From: Andalucia godoyi And28
Taxonomy: Eukaryota; Protista; Jakobida
Direction of reading: 5' to 3'
DNA length: 64,000 nt
Assembly (NCBI GenBank): GCA_009859145.1
Contig: VRVR01000041.1
Location: 207,107 to 271,106, forward strand
Shown here: positions 43,710 to 54,700 of the stretch, piece by piece
Layout of the letters: each line of letters starts with the position of its first letter
Numbering within the stretch: the stretch's first letter is position 1
Notes under the pieces: generated by a model
Databases searched by the model: none
The model's input: only the letters and a program-made list of their open reading frames with translations
Told to the model about the DNA's origin: nothing
Program-made: the position numbers and the translations under genes

Positions 43710-46676
43710 CTACACTACACTACAAATGCAAAACTCATCATCGGGACGAATTGGATGAGCAGATGTCAATTCTGCAATTTGGACCATCTTCTCCCGTTTC
43801 AACAGTGCTCGGATCTGATCGATGAGGGTAACCCACGGGACACGATAGTTGTTTTGCTTAAGGCACGTTAAGAGAGCCCATGTAAGCGCCCCGGACGCAT
43901 TCTTGTCTCGGAACAGATTGAAAGCATCCGCCGAGGTCTGGTGGTCTTGACAACCAGAAAGCATGCGCACATCCGCGACCACTGGTTTCACATTAACTTT
44001 CGAAAACTTACCGTTCGCATACTTGTGAGCCAAGTCCATCATGGACCCAGAGTGGCAACAATCCATCAAGACTGTCAGCCTGCACTTCGCTGGCAGCTTT
44101 TGCAGAAACTCGCCACTCAAGAAATCGTCCGTAATAAACCCTGCCTTTTGGTAATCCAGCGGTACGAGCACTTCATCTTGACCATCCTCCTCGTCTCCGT
44201 CTTCGTCATCAATGTGCGATCCATGACCGGAATATTCCAGAAAGAAGTCGGTGTATTCGCCCGAATTGGCAAGATCCACAATCTTCTTCAAGCCCTTCAT
44301 AATGTTCGCCTTCGTGGGAGCAGAAGAATGTGGCTGCACCGGATCCGTAAGTGCGATGATTTCGTGGTCCTTGAAACCAAACTGTTCTTTTAGCATTCGG
44401 CGGATGTAATTCGTGTCATTCACGCAGCCATTCAATTTTGCGGAAGCATCCTTTGCATAGTTGATGCCGATCAACAACGCCATTTTCTTTCCACGAGGCG
44501 GATGCTGTACCTCGCACACTGTATTATCATTGGGGGACGGGGATTGCATATTGCACTGCTGAGACTGTTGAATCTTTGAGGCGTTGTTCAGGCTCGACAG
44601 CGGCAACGGCGCAACCACGGGGGCGGCTTGAGGTTGAACGTTGCCCGATCCTTGCGAAGGAACCTGTACTGGAGGAGTGTTTTGGAACAAGGAGGGAGGA
44701 GGCTTGCTCATGTTGACGGATTGCATCGCAGAATTGTCATTCAGTTTCGCCTGTGTCGGAAGGGTCTGAGACAACACCGCAAGATTCATCGGCTGCGAAG
44801 TTGGAGTGGTCTTCTTCACGATCTCAAACTCTTCCGTGGGAGACAGCTCTCCACAGAACGACAATTCTGGATACTGTGTCATCTTCTGCTTCTTCAGCAG
44901 CTCTCGAATCATGTCAATTAATTTCATCCACGTGATTTTGTAGTTGGAATTCTTGAGAGTCGACAGAAGCGCCCAGGTTAGTGCACCGGAGGCGTTCTTA
45001 TCTCGAAACAGATTGAATGCGTCCGCAGACGTTTGGTCGTCCTGACACCCGGAAAGCATTCGGACACTTGCCTTGACAACAGACTTGTTGTTCGTGCGAA
45101 GTTTTCCCTTCACATACGATTTTGGGAGATCCAAAATTGTGCCCGAGTGACAGCAATCCATCAGCACCGTCAGGCGGCACGTAGATGGGAGTTTCTGCAA
45201 AAAACTTTCGATGAGGTAGTCGTCGGTGATGAATCCCGATTGCTGGTAATCCATTGGCACCAACACTTCATCTTGGCCGTCTTCCTCGTCTCCGTCCTCA
45301 TCGTCGATGTGGGATCCGTGGCCGGAGTACTCCAAAAACAAGTCCACAGTCTTTTCTCGGATGGCAAAGTCCACCATTAGCTTCAAGTACTTTAAAATGT
45401 TTGCCTTGGTGGGAGCCACCGAGCCTGGTTGCGTAGGATCCGTAATCTGATATATCTCGTTGTCCTTGAAACTAAAATGCTCCTTCAGCATTCTCTTCAC
45501 ATAATTCGTATCGTTCACGCAGCCATTCAGCTTTGCGGCAGGGTCACGAGAGTAGTTGATGCCAATTAGAACTGCCATCCTCTTCCGTGGTTGCTCGAGA
45601 AAAATGGAGGGTCCATCACTGACAACGGACGAAAACGATTGTCCGGTCAGATGCGAAGCAGGCACGGACGAAGTGGGGGGTCGCGTGCTGCTAGTGAGCG
45701 GTGAAATGGCCTGGAACGTTTGGGAAAGGGTAGTCGTGGACGTAGATGGCGTTTCAGAAGAAGAGTCCGATTGCTCCATTCCACGTACTATCGTGAACAA
45801 CTCGGATCTGTCCAGTTGCGATGACGCGCAAAGCTCTGCGACTTGCGTCATTCTTTCACGCTTAAGCAACAAACGAATTTCATCCAACAGACGAAGCCAC
45901 GAAATCTTGAATTTGTTGGCTTTCAGCGTCGTGAGAAACGCCCATGTCAAGGCGCCCGATGCATTCTTGTCGCGGAAGAGGTTGAATGCATCTGCCGACG
46001 TCTGGCTGTCCTGACATCCCGACAACATGCGAACCTCGCACGCAATCGATCCAACAGACCTCGAGGCCCGAGAAAATTCGTCATTTCCCTTGTACGAGAA
46101 CGGCAAGTCCAGCATTGTCCCAGAGTGACAACAGTCCATGAGAACAGTAAGCCGCACAGTCTTTGGCAGCCTCAAAAGAAAATCCGCCATTAATTCATCG
46201 TCTTTGATAAATCCAGCAGTCTTGTAGTCCATGGGGACCAGCACCTCGTCCTGGCCGTCTTCCTCGTCGCCATCCTCATCGTCGATGTGGGATCCGTGGC
46301 CGGAGTACTCCAAAAACAGTTCCGTGTATCCCTCGTTCACCGCAAGATCCACCAACTTGCGAAGGTACTTTAAGATGTTTGCCTTTGTTGGCGGAAAGCT
46401 TCCCGGCTGGACGGGATCCGTCAGGACATACATGTCCCCATCCGTAAAACCAAACTGCTCGCGGAGCATTCGTCGCACATAACTCGTGTCGTTCACACAC
46501 CCACTCAACTTCGCTTCAGGATCGCGCGAATAATTGATTCCGATGATGAGCGCAGCCTTTTTGGCGACTGCCGGAGCAACCGGGCCCATCATGGACCGTG
46601 TTCGAATGCCTCCCCGTGAGGAGTTTGTCGAGCTGAAATTCGACCGATACGTCGTGTTCCACATATTCCAAGACAT
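43710..46676 (-). CDS. Metacaspase with three tandem peptidase C14 domains (988 aa)
   Basis: Three copies of ALxIGINY...L.GCVND...YSGHGS..DEDGDEEDGQDE...MDCCHSG...SGCQD.QTSAD...GALT, each with an intact His/Cys dyad. Start placed at ATG 46676. Confidence 0.92.
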   Translation of the reverse strand: MSWNMWNTTYRSNFSSTNSSRGGIRTRSMMGPVAPAVAKKAALIIGINYSRDPEAKLSGCVNDTSYVRRMLREQFGFTDGDMYVLTDPVQPGSFPPTKANILKYLRKLVDLAVNEGYTELFLEYSGHGSHIDDEDGDEEDGQDEVLVPMDYKTAGFIKDDELMADFLLRLPKTVRLTVLMDCCHSGTMLDLPFSYKGNDEFSRASRSVGSIACEVRMLSGCQDSQTSADAFNLFRDKNASGALTWAFLTTLKANKFKISWLRLLDEIRLLLKRERMTQVAELCASSQLDRSELFTIVRGMEQSDSSSETPSTSTTTLSQTFQAISPLTSSTRPPTSSVPASHLTGQSFSSVVSDGPSIFLEQPRKRMAVLIGINYSRDPAAKLNGCVNDTNYVKRMLKEHFSFKDNEIYQITDPTQPGSVAPTKANILKYLKLMVDFAIREKTVDLFLEYSGHGSHIDDEDGDEEDGQDEVLVPMDYQQSGFITDDYLIESFLQKLPSTCRLTVLMDCCHSGTILDLPKSYVKGKLRTNNKSVVKASVRMLSGCQDDQTSADAFNLFRDKNASGALTWALLSTLKNSNYKITWMKLIDMIRELLKKQKMTQYPELSFCGELSPTEEFEIVKKTTPTSQPMNLAVLSQTLPTQAKLNDNSAMQSVNMSKPPPSLFQNTPPVQVPSQGSGNVQPQAAPVVAPLPLSSLNNASKIQQSQQCNMQSPSPNDNTVCEVQHPPRGKKMALLIGINYAKDASAKLNGCVNDTNYIRRMLKEQFGFKDHEIIALTDPVQPHSSAPTKANIMKGLKKIVDLANSGEYTDFFLEYSGHGSHIDDEDGDEEDGQDEVLVPLDYQKAGFITDDFLSGEFLQKLPAKCRLTVLMDCCHSGSMMDLAHKYANGKFSKVNVKPVVADVRMLSGCQDHQTSADAFNLFRDKNASGALTWALLTCLKQNNYRVPWVTLIDQIRALLKREKMVQIAELTSAHPIRPDDEFCICSVV

Positions 46677-47023
46677 TTTGTCAAAGTCCTGGTAAAGCGC
46701 CACCTTCACGAAGGAGGAATCGTCTTGCAACGACAAGATTGCAGTGCAGCGGCAGCACGGCTCGTGGAAATTGGAAACAGCGAAAAGCAAAAGCAAAAGC
46801 AAGGGGGGGCGGAAAACATGAAGCAGGGATGGGGGGAAAAACAGAAATCGATCTCCAAATTCCTCGATTCGGTCCCAACAGTCTTTCCCGACAGGAAATT
46901 ACAGAGAAGTGTTGCAGGAGAGAGAAGAACAACCGCCGACAGCAGCATCCAGCATCAAGCCTTCGACCTGCTCGATACGCACGTGAGAATTGCGCATGCG
47001 GTGGTGGGCGATGCCGCCGACCG

Positions 47024-47117
47024 CAGTCTGTCTCCTCCAACGTTCATTTACTGAATGTTGAATCGATTGGGGGAATATGTCGGTTGCGATGACCCTTTGA
47101 TGCGGAGGTGGTGCTCG
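47024..47117 (-). repeat. Dispersed ~94-bp repeat, copy B
   Basis: Inverted, about 91% identical to 21412-21504. Confidence 0.9.
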
Positions 47118-47228
47118 CCCCAAATTGAATCTGTCTTTGGAGACAGCTTAGCCAATGATGATCAATAATGATGCATGTTTTTCGGAGGCGGCTTACCGTT
47201 TCTTTTTTATTATTTATACATCTGCTCC

Positions 47229-48755
47229 TTAATCATCAGCATCATCAATGTCACTTGCAATATGGTCATCACCAAAAGCAACGGCGGTATCACGCCTGAC
47301 TTGATCTGACGGACACAATCTCGTGTCATGGAGTGAAGCAAAAGGAAGCTTTTCCTCCGCTTCATCATGGACGGGGTCCGGCACAACTTCGTCTGCTTCT
47401 ACCCCGGCTTCCACATCCTCTGTCAAGACCCCGGGCCGGTGCTCAAGACCCCATTCTTTGAATTTCGAGATTGCAGCGGTTTCTCCGTCGTCGCCCGCAT
47501 GAACATGATCGAGAAGCCGCCGTGACGATATTGACTGTCGAGACAAAGACTCCTCAAAAAAAGACAATGCACGACCCCATGCTACCTGCACCTGGGCGGT
47601 TGTGATCTTGAAGTAAGACTCGCATATGAGATAGACAATGTTTTCCTTGGAGTGTGGGATGTGGGTCAAGAGCAGTTTAGAAAAGTGGTATTTCCAGATG
47701 CTGAAGATTTCCTCACACGGATCCAAGAATGGCGAGTACGGGGGCAAGTGACTCAGCTCTACCTCTTGCGGAATCACGGACTGCACAACATGCGATTTGC
47801 GAATTGAGCAGCTGTCCTGAATAATCAGCTGCCGAGTTCCGTCTTTCCGAGGATATTCACCCTTGCTGGCAAGTTCCTCGAACATGTTCTGAAGAAACCC
47901 CGCATACGTCTTCCCACTCACATTTCCGACAAAGCACTCAAAATACACGATCCTTGTCCGATTCATTGCTGCGATTGTAGTAATGACAGGAAGAAAAACC
48001 TTTCCAACTGGGATAACCGGTCGGCAGCCTCGAAGGCTGATGCCCTTGCGCGGTAGCGCATCGTAACTGAAACGTGTCTCGTGTACGAAGATCGCTTCGT
48101 CATAAGCCTGTCTTTTTTCTGTTGACATTAAAGCAGCATACTCGAATCGGGCTTCGATGTTCTTCACCGAGTTCCGACTCCCGGGAACCGGATACAAGTC
48201 TGCGGCTCGCAACCCGAGGTAGTCATGCATCCACTGCTTCAGCATTTCTGCACTCGAGACCGGGTCAAGTTGTTGGAGTTCGGGGAACTGCTTTTGCATC
48301 ATGGTCATCAAGTCGACGTATGTAAGCGTGTTGTCCATTGCCATCTGGCGAGAAGCCCAAAGAAGATGATCATCTGAAAATGTTCGAGTCCGCCGGGGCT
48401 TTGGGATCACAGGCCCGTGTGCGGCTGGTCCCAGCGGATTTTCTCCCCGTTGCTGTCGCTTCCGCATCGCATAGAAGATGCTCCGGAGGGTTGATTCCTT
48501 GTGCTGCAGGATACTTGCAAGCTCTCTGATATTGGCGTTTCCGAGGATGAGGTTGTACCATACCAGCTCCTTGTCCCGCTGCGAGATAGAATCCCTTTGC
48601 AGCTGTTGCTGCCGATGTTTCTTTGTTGGTTCGTGAACCGTATTTTCTTGAGCACCATTCGACATCACCAGGGTTGCCGGGGTCTGTCTTGTGGCGTCGT
48701 CCGCCTCGAGCTGCCGAGTTTTATCATTCTGCGCCTCTGCCATGGGAATTCGCAA
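47229..48755 (-). CDS. IS630/Tc1/mariner transposase-derived protein (probably domesticated)
   Basis: Intact 508-aa ORF: N-terminal HTH-like region, IFVHET (D to H at triad position 1), LIIQDSCSIR, LPPYSPFLDPCEEIF (D-33-E spacing). No TIRs found by eye. Confidence 0.8.
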   Translation of the reverse strand: MRIPMAEAQNDKTRQLEADDATRQTPATLVMSNGAQENTVHEPTKKHRQQQLQRDSISQRDKELVWYNLILGNANIRELASILQHKESTLRSIFYAMRKRQQRGENPLGPAAHGPVIPKPRRTRTFSDDHLLWASRQMAMDNTLTYVDLMTMMQKQFPELQQLDPVSSAEMLKQWMHDYLGLRAADLYPVPGSRNSVKNIEARFEYAALMSTEKRQAYDEAIFVHETRFSYDALPRKGISLRGCRPVIPVGKVFLPVITTIAAMNRTRIVYFECFVGNVSGKTYAGFLQNMFEELASKGEYPRKDGTRQLIIQDSCSIRKSHVVQSVIPQEVELSHLPPYSPFLDPCEEIFSIWKYHFSKLLLTHIPHSKENIVYLICESYFKITTAQVQVAWGRALSFFEESLSRQSISSRRLLDHVHAGDDGETAAISKFKEWGLEHRPGVLTEDVEAGVEADEVVPDPVHDEAEEKLPFASLHDTRLCPSDQVRRDTAVAFGDDHIASDIDDADD

Positions 48756-49099
48756 TCCTGTTGATCTGCTGATAAGAAAAGAAGAAGAAAATTAAAAAAA
48801 TTAAAACGAATCCAAACGTGAAAGTGATGATAATAATGAAGATGGAGGAAGAGGGGAAGAAAGAAAGAAAAAGAAAACTCGAGTGGCTGCACCCTGCAGA
48901 TTCTATTTCATTTCCGCGTCCCGATTTCTGGCTTTTCCCGAAGAACAATTCTAATATTAGACTAAATTTGAAGGAAGCTTTCCGCAGTTTCTCAAGCAGT
49001 CTTTTAAAAAAAAAAATCATTTCTGTGAGCAGTTTGTTTGCTCTTGGGTGAAAAAGAGAGCGACGACCGTGGCACCATACTCTCTTTTGGAGTCTGGAC

Positions 49100-51215
49100 C
49101 AGGGAGACGCTGGTTAACCGGCTAACCAACTAACGTAACAACCAACAACCAGTCAGCTCACGAGATTGGAAGAATGGTTAGTACCTACGGCAGATTTTCT
49201 CTGTTCGTTTAGGCATCTTCTACATCAATGGAGTCCACGAAGCCGTCGTCACCACCTTCCGAAGGACTGATCTCAGCAGCGTCTCGCTTGAGAGAGGCTA
49301 CCACGTCCCTCAAAACACGGCTTCCGTTCAATCTGATCATCAACTCAGCATCCAACAAGTCAAAGGAGATATTGTGTCTTCCGTCGACGAGCTGGCCTTG
49401 ATCGGAGAAGGTGCGTTCCACATCGGCCTGAGTGCAGCCGACTTCTGTTAAAGCTAACACAGGACCAGCTATCAGAACATCCCGGTTTAAAGCTGCAGTC
49501 CAAAAGGAAACGAAATCATTCTCGTATTCTTCCAAACAGCCGAATGCATTCGAACGCATCCTATACTCCGCCAGTTCACGTTCCCACCTGTGCCTTGATT
49601 TCCGCTCGTCGTTCTGAAAGCACAAAAGAAGGCGGGTCCTCTTTTTTAAGAGAAAATCCTAGACAAAAATCGACAGTTTTCCTAAAAGCATTCGCTTCCA
49701 AACCCGCAATGTTGAGATCTCTGCGCTTCACTGGATCCAGAAATGCAAGAATTGTAGACAATAATGAATGATTCAGGTTTGAATTCCAGCGGGAGGTACA
49801 GGCATTGGTGACCGCATTGCAGAGATGTATCGTCAGGGGATCCTGGGAAGCATTTCGGATCTCTGTGACCTCACGACCTGCTTTCGGGAAGACGTCCCAC
49901 AGAGAAATCGCCTGAAAAGCATCGGCTTGCACGGCGTCCGTAGCGCAAGCAAAGGGTTTCATCGCAGTGCAAAAGGCGGTCAACTTGTTCTTCCAGTCTT
50001 CCGAACAGATTTGATTGGCTACGGAGGTACCACCCATTGCACTGGAGTATGCGTTCCAGCGATCAAGAACACGCCTTGCAGCGTTATAGTGAGAGTTCCA
50101 TCGAACATCAACGGGCTTGACAATCCTCAAAGGAGTTGTGGCAGGCTGCATCACCTGCATCGCATGAAAAATCTTTGCAACCTCCTGTTGTCTGAATGGC
50201 GCAAGAGAAGCTGACATTTGGTGCATGAAGTCAGGGATCTGCTGGGTAACTGCATCCTTCACAATCAGTTGAATCGAGTGTGCAGCACAACGCATGAAAA
50301 ATGCCCATGGGCGAAATTGTGAAATGTAAGATTCAATACCGCGAACGAAATCAGCTCCGTTGTCAGAACAAAATGAAACCACTACCACCCTGTCACCGCG
50401 CTCGATATCCTCGACAATCTGTTTTAGGATAGCACAGATCCTGTCTCCTGTTAGCGACTCTGTCAATAGAAGACCCTTGTAATAGTACGATTGGTTTCCA
50501 GAAACAACGCAGAATGCAGCCACGATCCGTTTGTGTTGCCAACCTGGGTTGAATCGCACATGAGACAAGCAGCGTAAGAGCTCTTCACAATTCGCTGGAC
50601 CTCAGACCGCACTTCAGCTGCTAGACTCAGGACTTCGGTCTTCATTGTCTGTTCCGACACGTGCACACCAAACGCTTGTCTGAAAGACTCGTTTCGCAAA
50701 GTCTTGTAAGACAAGTGGTTGTCGGCAAAAGCAAACGCAATCAGTGTTTTTCCCTTCCGCTTGATTCTTCTTCATTCGCTCAAACAAAGTCGGTAAATTG
50801 GAAGACGAACCAGAAGGACCACTCGCTGATTCGGCAGGAGGAGACATTGCATGTGCATGCTGCAAATGATAGGCACAATTGGAAGTTTGGAAACGAATTT
50901 AGCGAGTCTTTTCATCATGTGCGCACAGCAGGCATCGAGCTTGTTTTTCACCATTTGCAACGAAATATGACGCCACCTAGGAACGGCATTTGTCGACCAC
51001 CTTGAATCCTTCCGTTGCCAGAAGAGGCATGAGTGCTTAGATGAAGGGTCAAGGGAAGAGCTTGGCGGAATGCGGCGGGACTCGGCGGCATCAGGATCTG
51101 ATGAGTGGCTGATGCAATCCAAGCATTCAAGCCTACAACAACCAATAACCGAGTGTTAACTGATGAATAACCAATAACCGAGGATTCGCCGGTTAGGTTA
51201 ACCAGCGTCTCCCTG
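49100..51215 (-). mobile_element. hAT-superfamily DNA transposon (2116 bp)
   Basis: Perfect 20-bp TIRs CAGGGAGACGCTGGTTAACC (49100-49119 and 51196-51215), perfect 8-bp TSD GTCTGGAC (49092-49099 and 51216-51223), subterminal AACC-rich repeats. Confidence 0.95.
49209..51030 (-). pseudogene. hAT transposase pseudogene
   Basis: BED finger (YF...ARCLLC...TSN..YHLQHAH), CDST, SDNGA, RCAAHSIQL, DVRWNS, hATC ADVERTFS. In-frame stops at 50977-50979 and 50899-50901 plus about 3 frameshifts. Confidence 0.9.
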
Positions 51216-51793
51216 GTCTGGACGAAAGATTATAGATTAATATCATGCATCCAGGCAAGAGCCCGGCTCACGCGTACTTTGAACCCTGGAAGTTGGCACC
51301 TCACTCGTCGATATTCGTAGAAAGGGGCCTTTGTTTGATGCGGTCTGACTTTCACAAAACAAGAAAACGGGGTGCGGAATGCTGGGTGGCAGCAAAAGAA
51401 AAACAATTAAAATTCATAAATAGGCGCCAAAAAAAAAACCAGAAAGCGGGAACAGATCGAAAGCGCGAATCGTGACAACGAGTGACAGTCCATCACAAAA
51501 ATGGGTTGCGCCGGACTTCCATTGCAGGATCGAAGCCGAGTGAGGAATTGATCAATCACCGAAAGAAACTTTTTTGTTAAGACAATCCTCAGACCTCGAA
51601 TTGGCTTATTTGGAAACTCCATATTTTTTAATTTTTTTTGTGACCCTCTTTTTCTTTTCTTCTTCTTCTTCTTCTTCAAGCAAACATTTCAATTTAAACA
51701 ATATTCTACTTTGGCTTTCACTGCTATTCCTCCCCCCCCCCCCCCCCCACCTGTGCAAAATAGGTTCTTCATGACAATCCAAAATACCACGAA

Positions 51794-54700
51794 ATGAAGA
51801 TAAAGCCGTGGAGGGCGCAGAAGATCCCGTCTGGTCCCCCGACCCGCAGCATCTCGTCGAGCAATGCGGGCATGTCGGAGTCTTGCAATAATCGAGTTAC
51901 TAACACCAAATACACCTTTCTTACTTTTCTCCCCATGAACTTGTTCGAGCAATTCAGTCGGCCCATCAACTTTTACTTCCTCATCATTTCTATTTTGCAG
52001 CTCTTCCCACAGCTCACTCCTGTAAACCCGCTGACCACCTGGCTCCCGCTGACCTTTGCGTTTATGCTGACTGCGGCGAAGGAGGGATACGATGATTATC
52101 AGCGATACAAGGACGACAAGCTCTTCAATGAACGGATATTTACTGTGATCTCCGGTGGGTCGAAAAAGGATGTTATGAGCCAGGATATCAAACCGGGTGA
52201 TATTGTTCTTGTGAACGACCACGATCTTATTCCAGCGGATCTCATCTTGCTGTGCTCATCGGAGCCACAATTCCAAGCGTTTATTCAGACAATGTCATTG
52301 GACGGAGAAACGGATCTGAAATCGCGATTTGCGCCAGTTGGGTTGTCCGCTTTTTTTGACGGGAAGGAAGTGTGTGAATCCCTCCGTTCTTCTGACCTGT
52401 CTTCCAAGGTTGGCTTGCCTTCCTCAGACATATACAGATGTGACGGCCAGCTGTTCCTGGAAAACAGCAAGTTCCCGGTTACTTCCGAAAATGTTTTGCT
52501 GCAGTACACGAACTTGCGGAACACAAAATGGGCGTATGGTCTGGTGGTGTACGCAGGAAACGAAACCAAGTGCGGAATGAATAAGCGCCGCCCGCCTTCG
52601 AAGAATACGCAAGATGATAACTTCATCAACAAACTTGCCATCGGAATTTTCATTTTCCAGCTCTTCGTCGCCGTGTCTTTTGGTGCGGTTGGGGAATCCT
52701 TGAAGAATACGCGGGGTCGTCATTCGTTTTATTTAGCGTTTCCGTCTTTTGATCCGTGGTATGAAAGATTGGTTATCCCTTTGCGGTTTCTTCTGCTGTG
52801 CTCCATGATGATTCCCATTTCATTGAAGGTAACATTGGACCTCATTCGGTACGCGTACAGCTTGTTCATCGACTGGGATACGTGCATGTACGATGCTGTG
52901 AACAATGTCCCAGCCAAAGCTTTGAGTACGTCGCTTGCTGAGGATCTGGGGCGCGTGGAATGGGTACTAACCGACAAAACCGGAACTCTTACACAGAATG
53001 TAATGCGGTTGCAGAGCATGTCAGTTCGTGGGACTGTAGTCGCCGTGGATCCGACCACGGCACCCATCCTGGATTCTGCCGATGCGCCGTCTGCTCAGCT
53101 TTTGCGGGCCTTTGCACTCTGCAATTGCGTTGTCCCGGTCAAATTGGAGGATGATACGATTATATACAAATCCGCGTCCCCCGACGAAGAGGCTCTTGTC
53201 GCGGCGGCAGCATCATACGGAGTTATTCTTCGTGAAAGAACTCATAATCGGATGGTGTTGTCTGTGCTTGGCGTTGAGGAGCGCTACGACATTCTTGAGA
53301 CTCTGCCGTTTTCATCTGTTCGAAAGCGAATGACGATTGTGTTGAAGAAAGAGGGAGACGATGCGCCGCTAGTGTGGATCAAGGGAGCAGATGATGTCAT
53401 TCTGCCTCGAATTGTGGAGTCTGAGAAAGACACTTGTCACGCGGAGACAGAGAATCTGCACAAGTTTGCTTTGCAAGGCCTGCGGACACTCTGCTTTGGT
53501 ACAAAGACGTTTGGTCGCGCCTCATTTAAAATTTGGCATGACGAGTGCAAGGAAGCGAGCTTGGCCATCCAGGATCGCGACGCTTTACTCACTGCATTGT
53601 TCGAAAGGATCGAATGCGACTTCAGTCTGGTTGGAAGTTCCGCCATTGAGGACGAGCTGCAGGACGGCGTTCCGGAGACCATATTCTGTCTCAGGAAGGC
53701 AGGACTTGTCTTCTGGATGCTGACTGGCGACAAGTATGAGACGGCGCTCCAGATTGCAGTTTCTTGTCAGTTGTTTCATCCTTCGTCGGAATCGATGGTT
53801 GAAATTTGTGGTGACGACAAGGATTCCATTCGTCGTTCTCTCTCCGCTGTGGAACAGGAATACTTGTGTTCAAGTCGGCTCTTCTGTCTCATTGTCCGAG
53901 GATCAACACTGCGAGTCATTCTGGATGATGAAAACCTCATCGGCATGTTTTCTGATCTTTCCTTTCACGCTCGTGCCGTTATTTGCTGTCGAGTTTCGCC
54001 ACTGCAAAAGGCTGCGATTGTTAAACTGGCGAAAGTGAAAGGTAAGATTTGTCTTGCCATTGGAGACGGGGGAAACGACGTGTCGATGATTCAAGAAGCG
54101 CACGTTGGTGTTGGAATTTCTGGTCGAGAAGGATTGCAGGCAGCACGCGCTGCAGATTATTCGATTGGGCAATTCCGGTTCCTGTCCAGATTGATTCTCG
54201 TGCATGGCCATCTGTCTCACTATCGCACCAGTTTTATCGCTCAGTACTCGTTCTACAAGTCAATGATCATCGCCTTCGTGCAAGTGCTATTTAATTGCTA
54301 CACAATGTTTTCTGGAACTACGTTTTTCAACAGTCTCTCCCTGATGTCTTATAATGTTGTCTTCACGTTTCTTCCGGCATTTCTGTTCATTCTTGACCAG
54401 CCCATTCCAGCCGAAGTTCTTGAATCGAATCCTCGTTTGTATTCCAGCTCTCGGAATCGATTGTCGTTTACGATCGCAACCTTTTTTGGATGGGTCTTCC
54501 GAGCCGTTTTCCAGTCACTTGTCTTGTTCTTCGTCACGATCTCTGTGTACAGTCAATCGTACGCCGATCCAGTTTCAGGCAGCCCCATTGACTACAATTC
54601 CGTCAGTATGGTAACGTTTACGGCTCTTGTACATATTCAGCTGCTGACCGTCATCGTAGAGAGTTCGCACATCACCAAATTCAACGTTGGTATTGTGTTG

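Noticed and set aside
49209-51030. In-frame TAG/TAA in the hAT transposase and TGA in the Fanzor relic as signs of an alternative genetic code
   Set aside because: Intact host genes end with all three stops, and these regions also contain frameshifts, consistent with decay.
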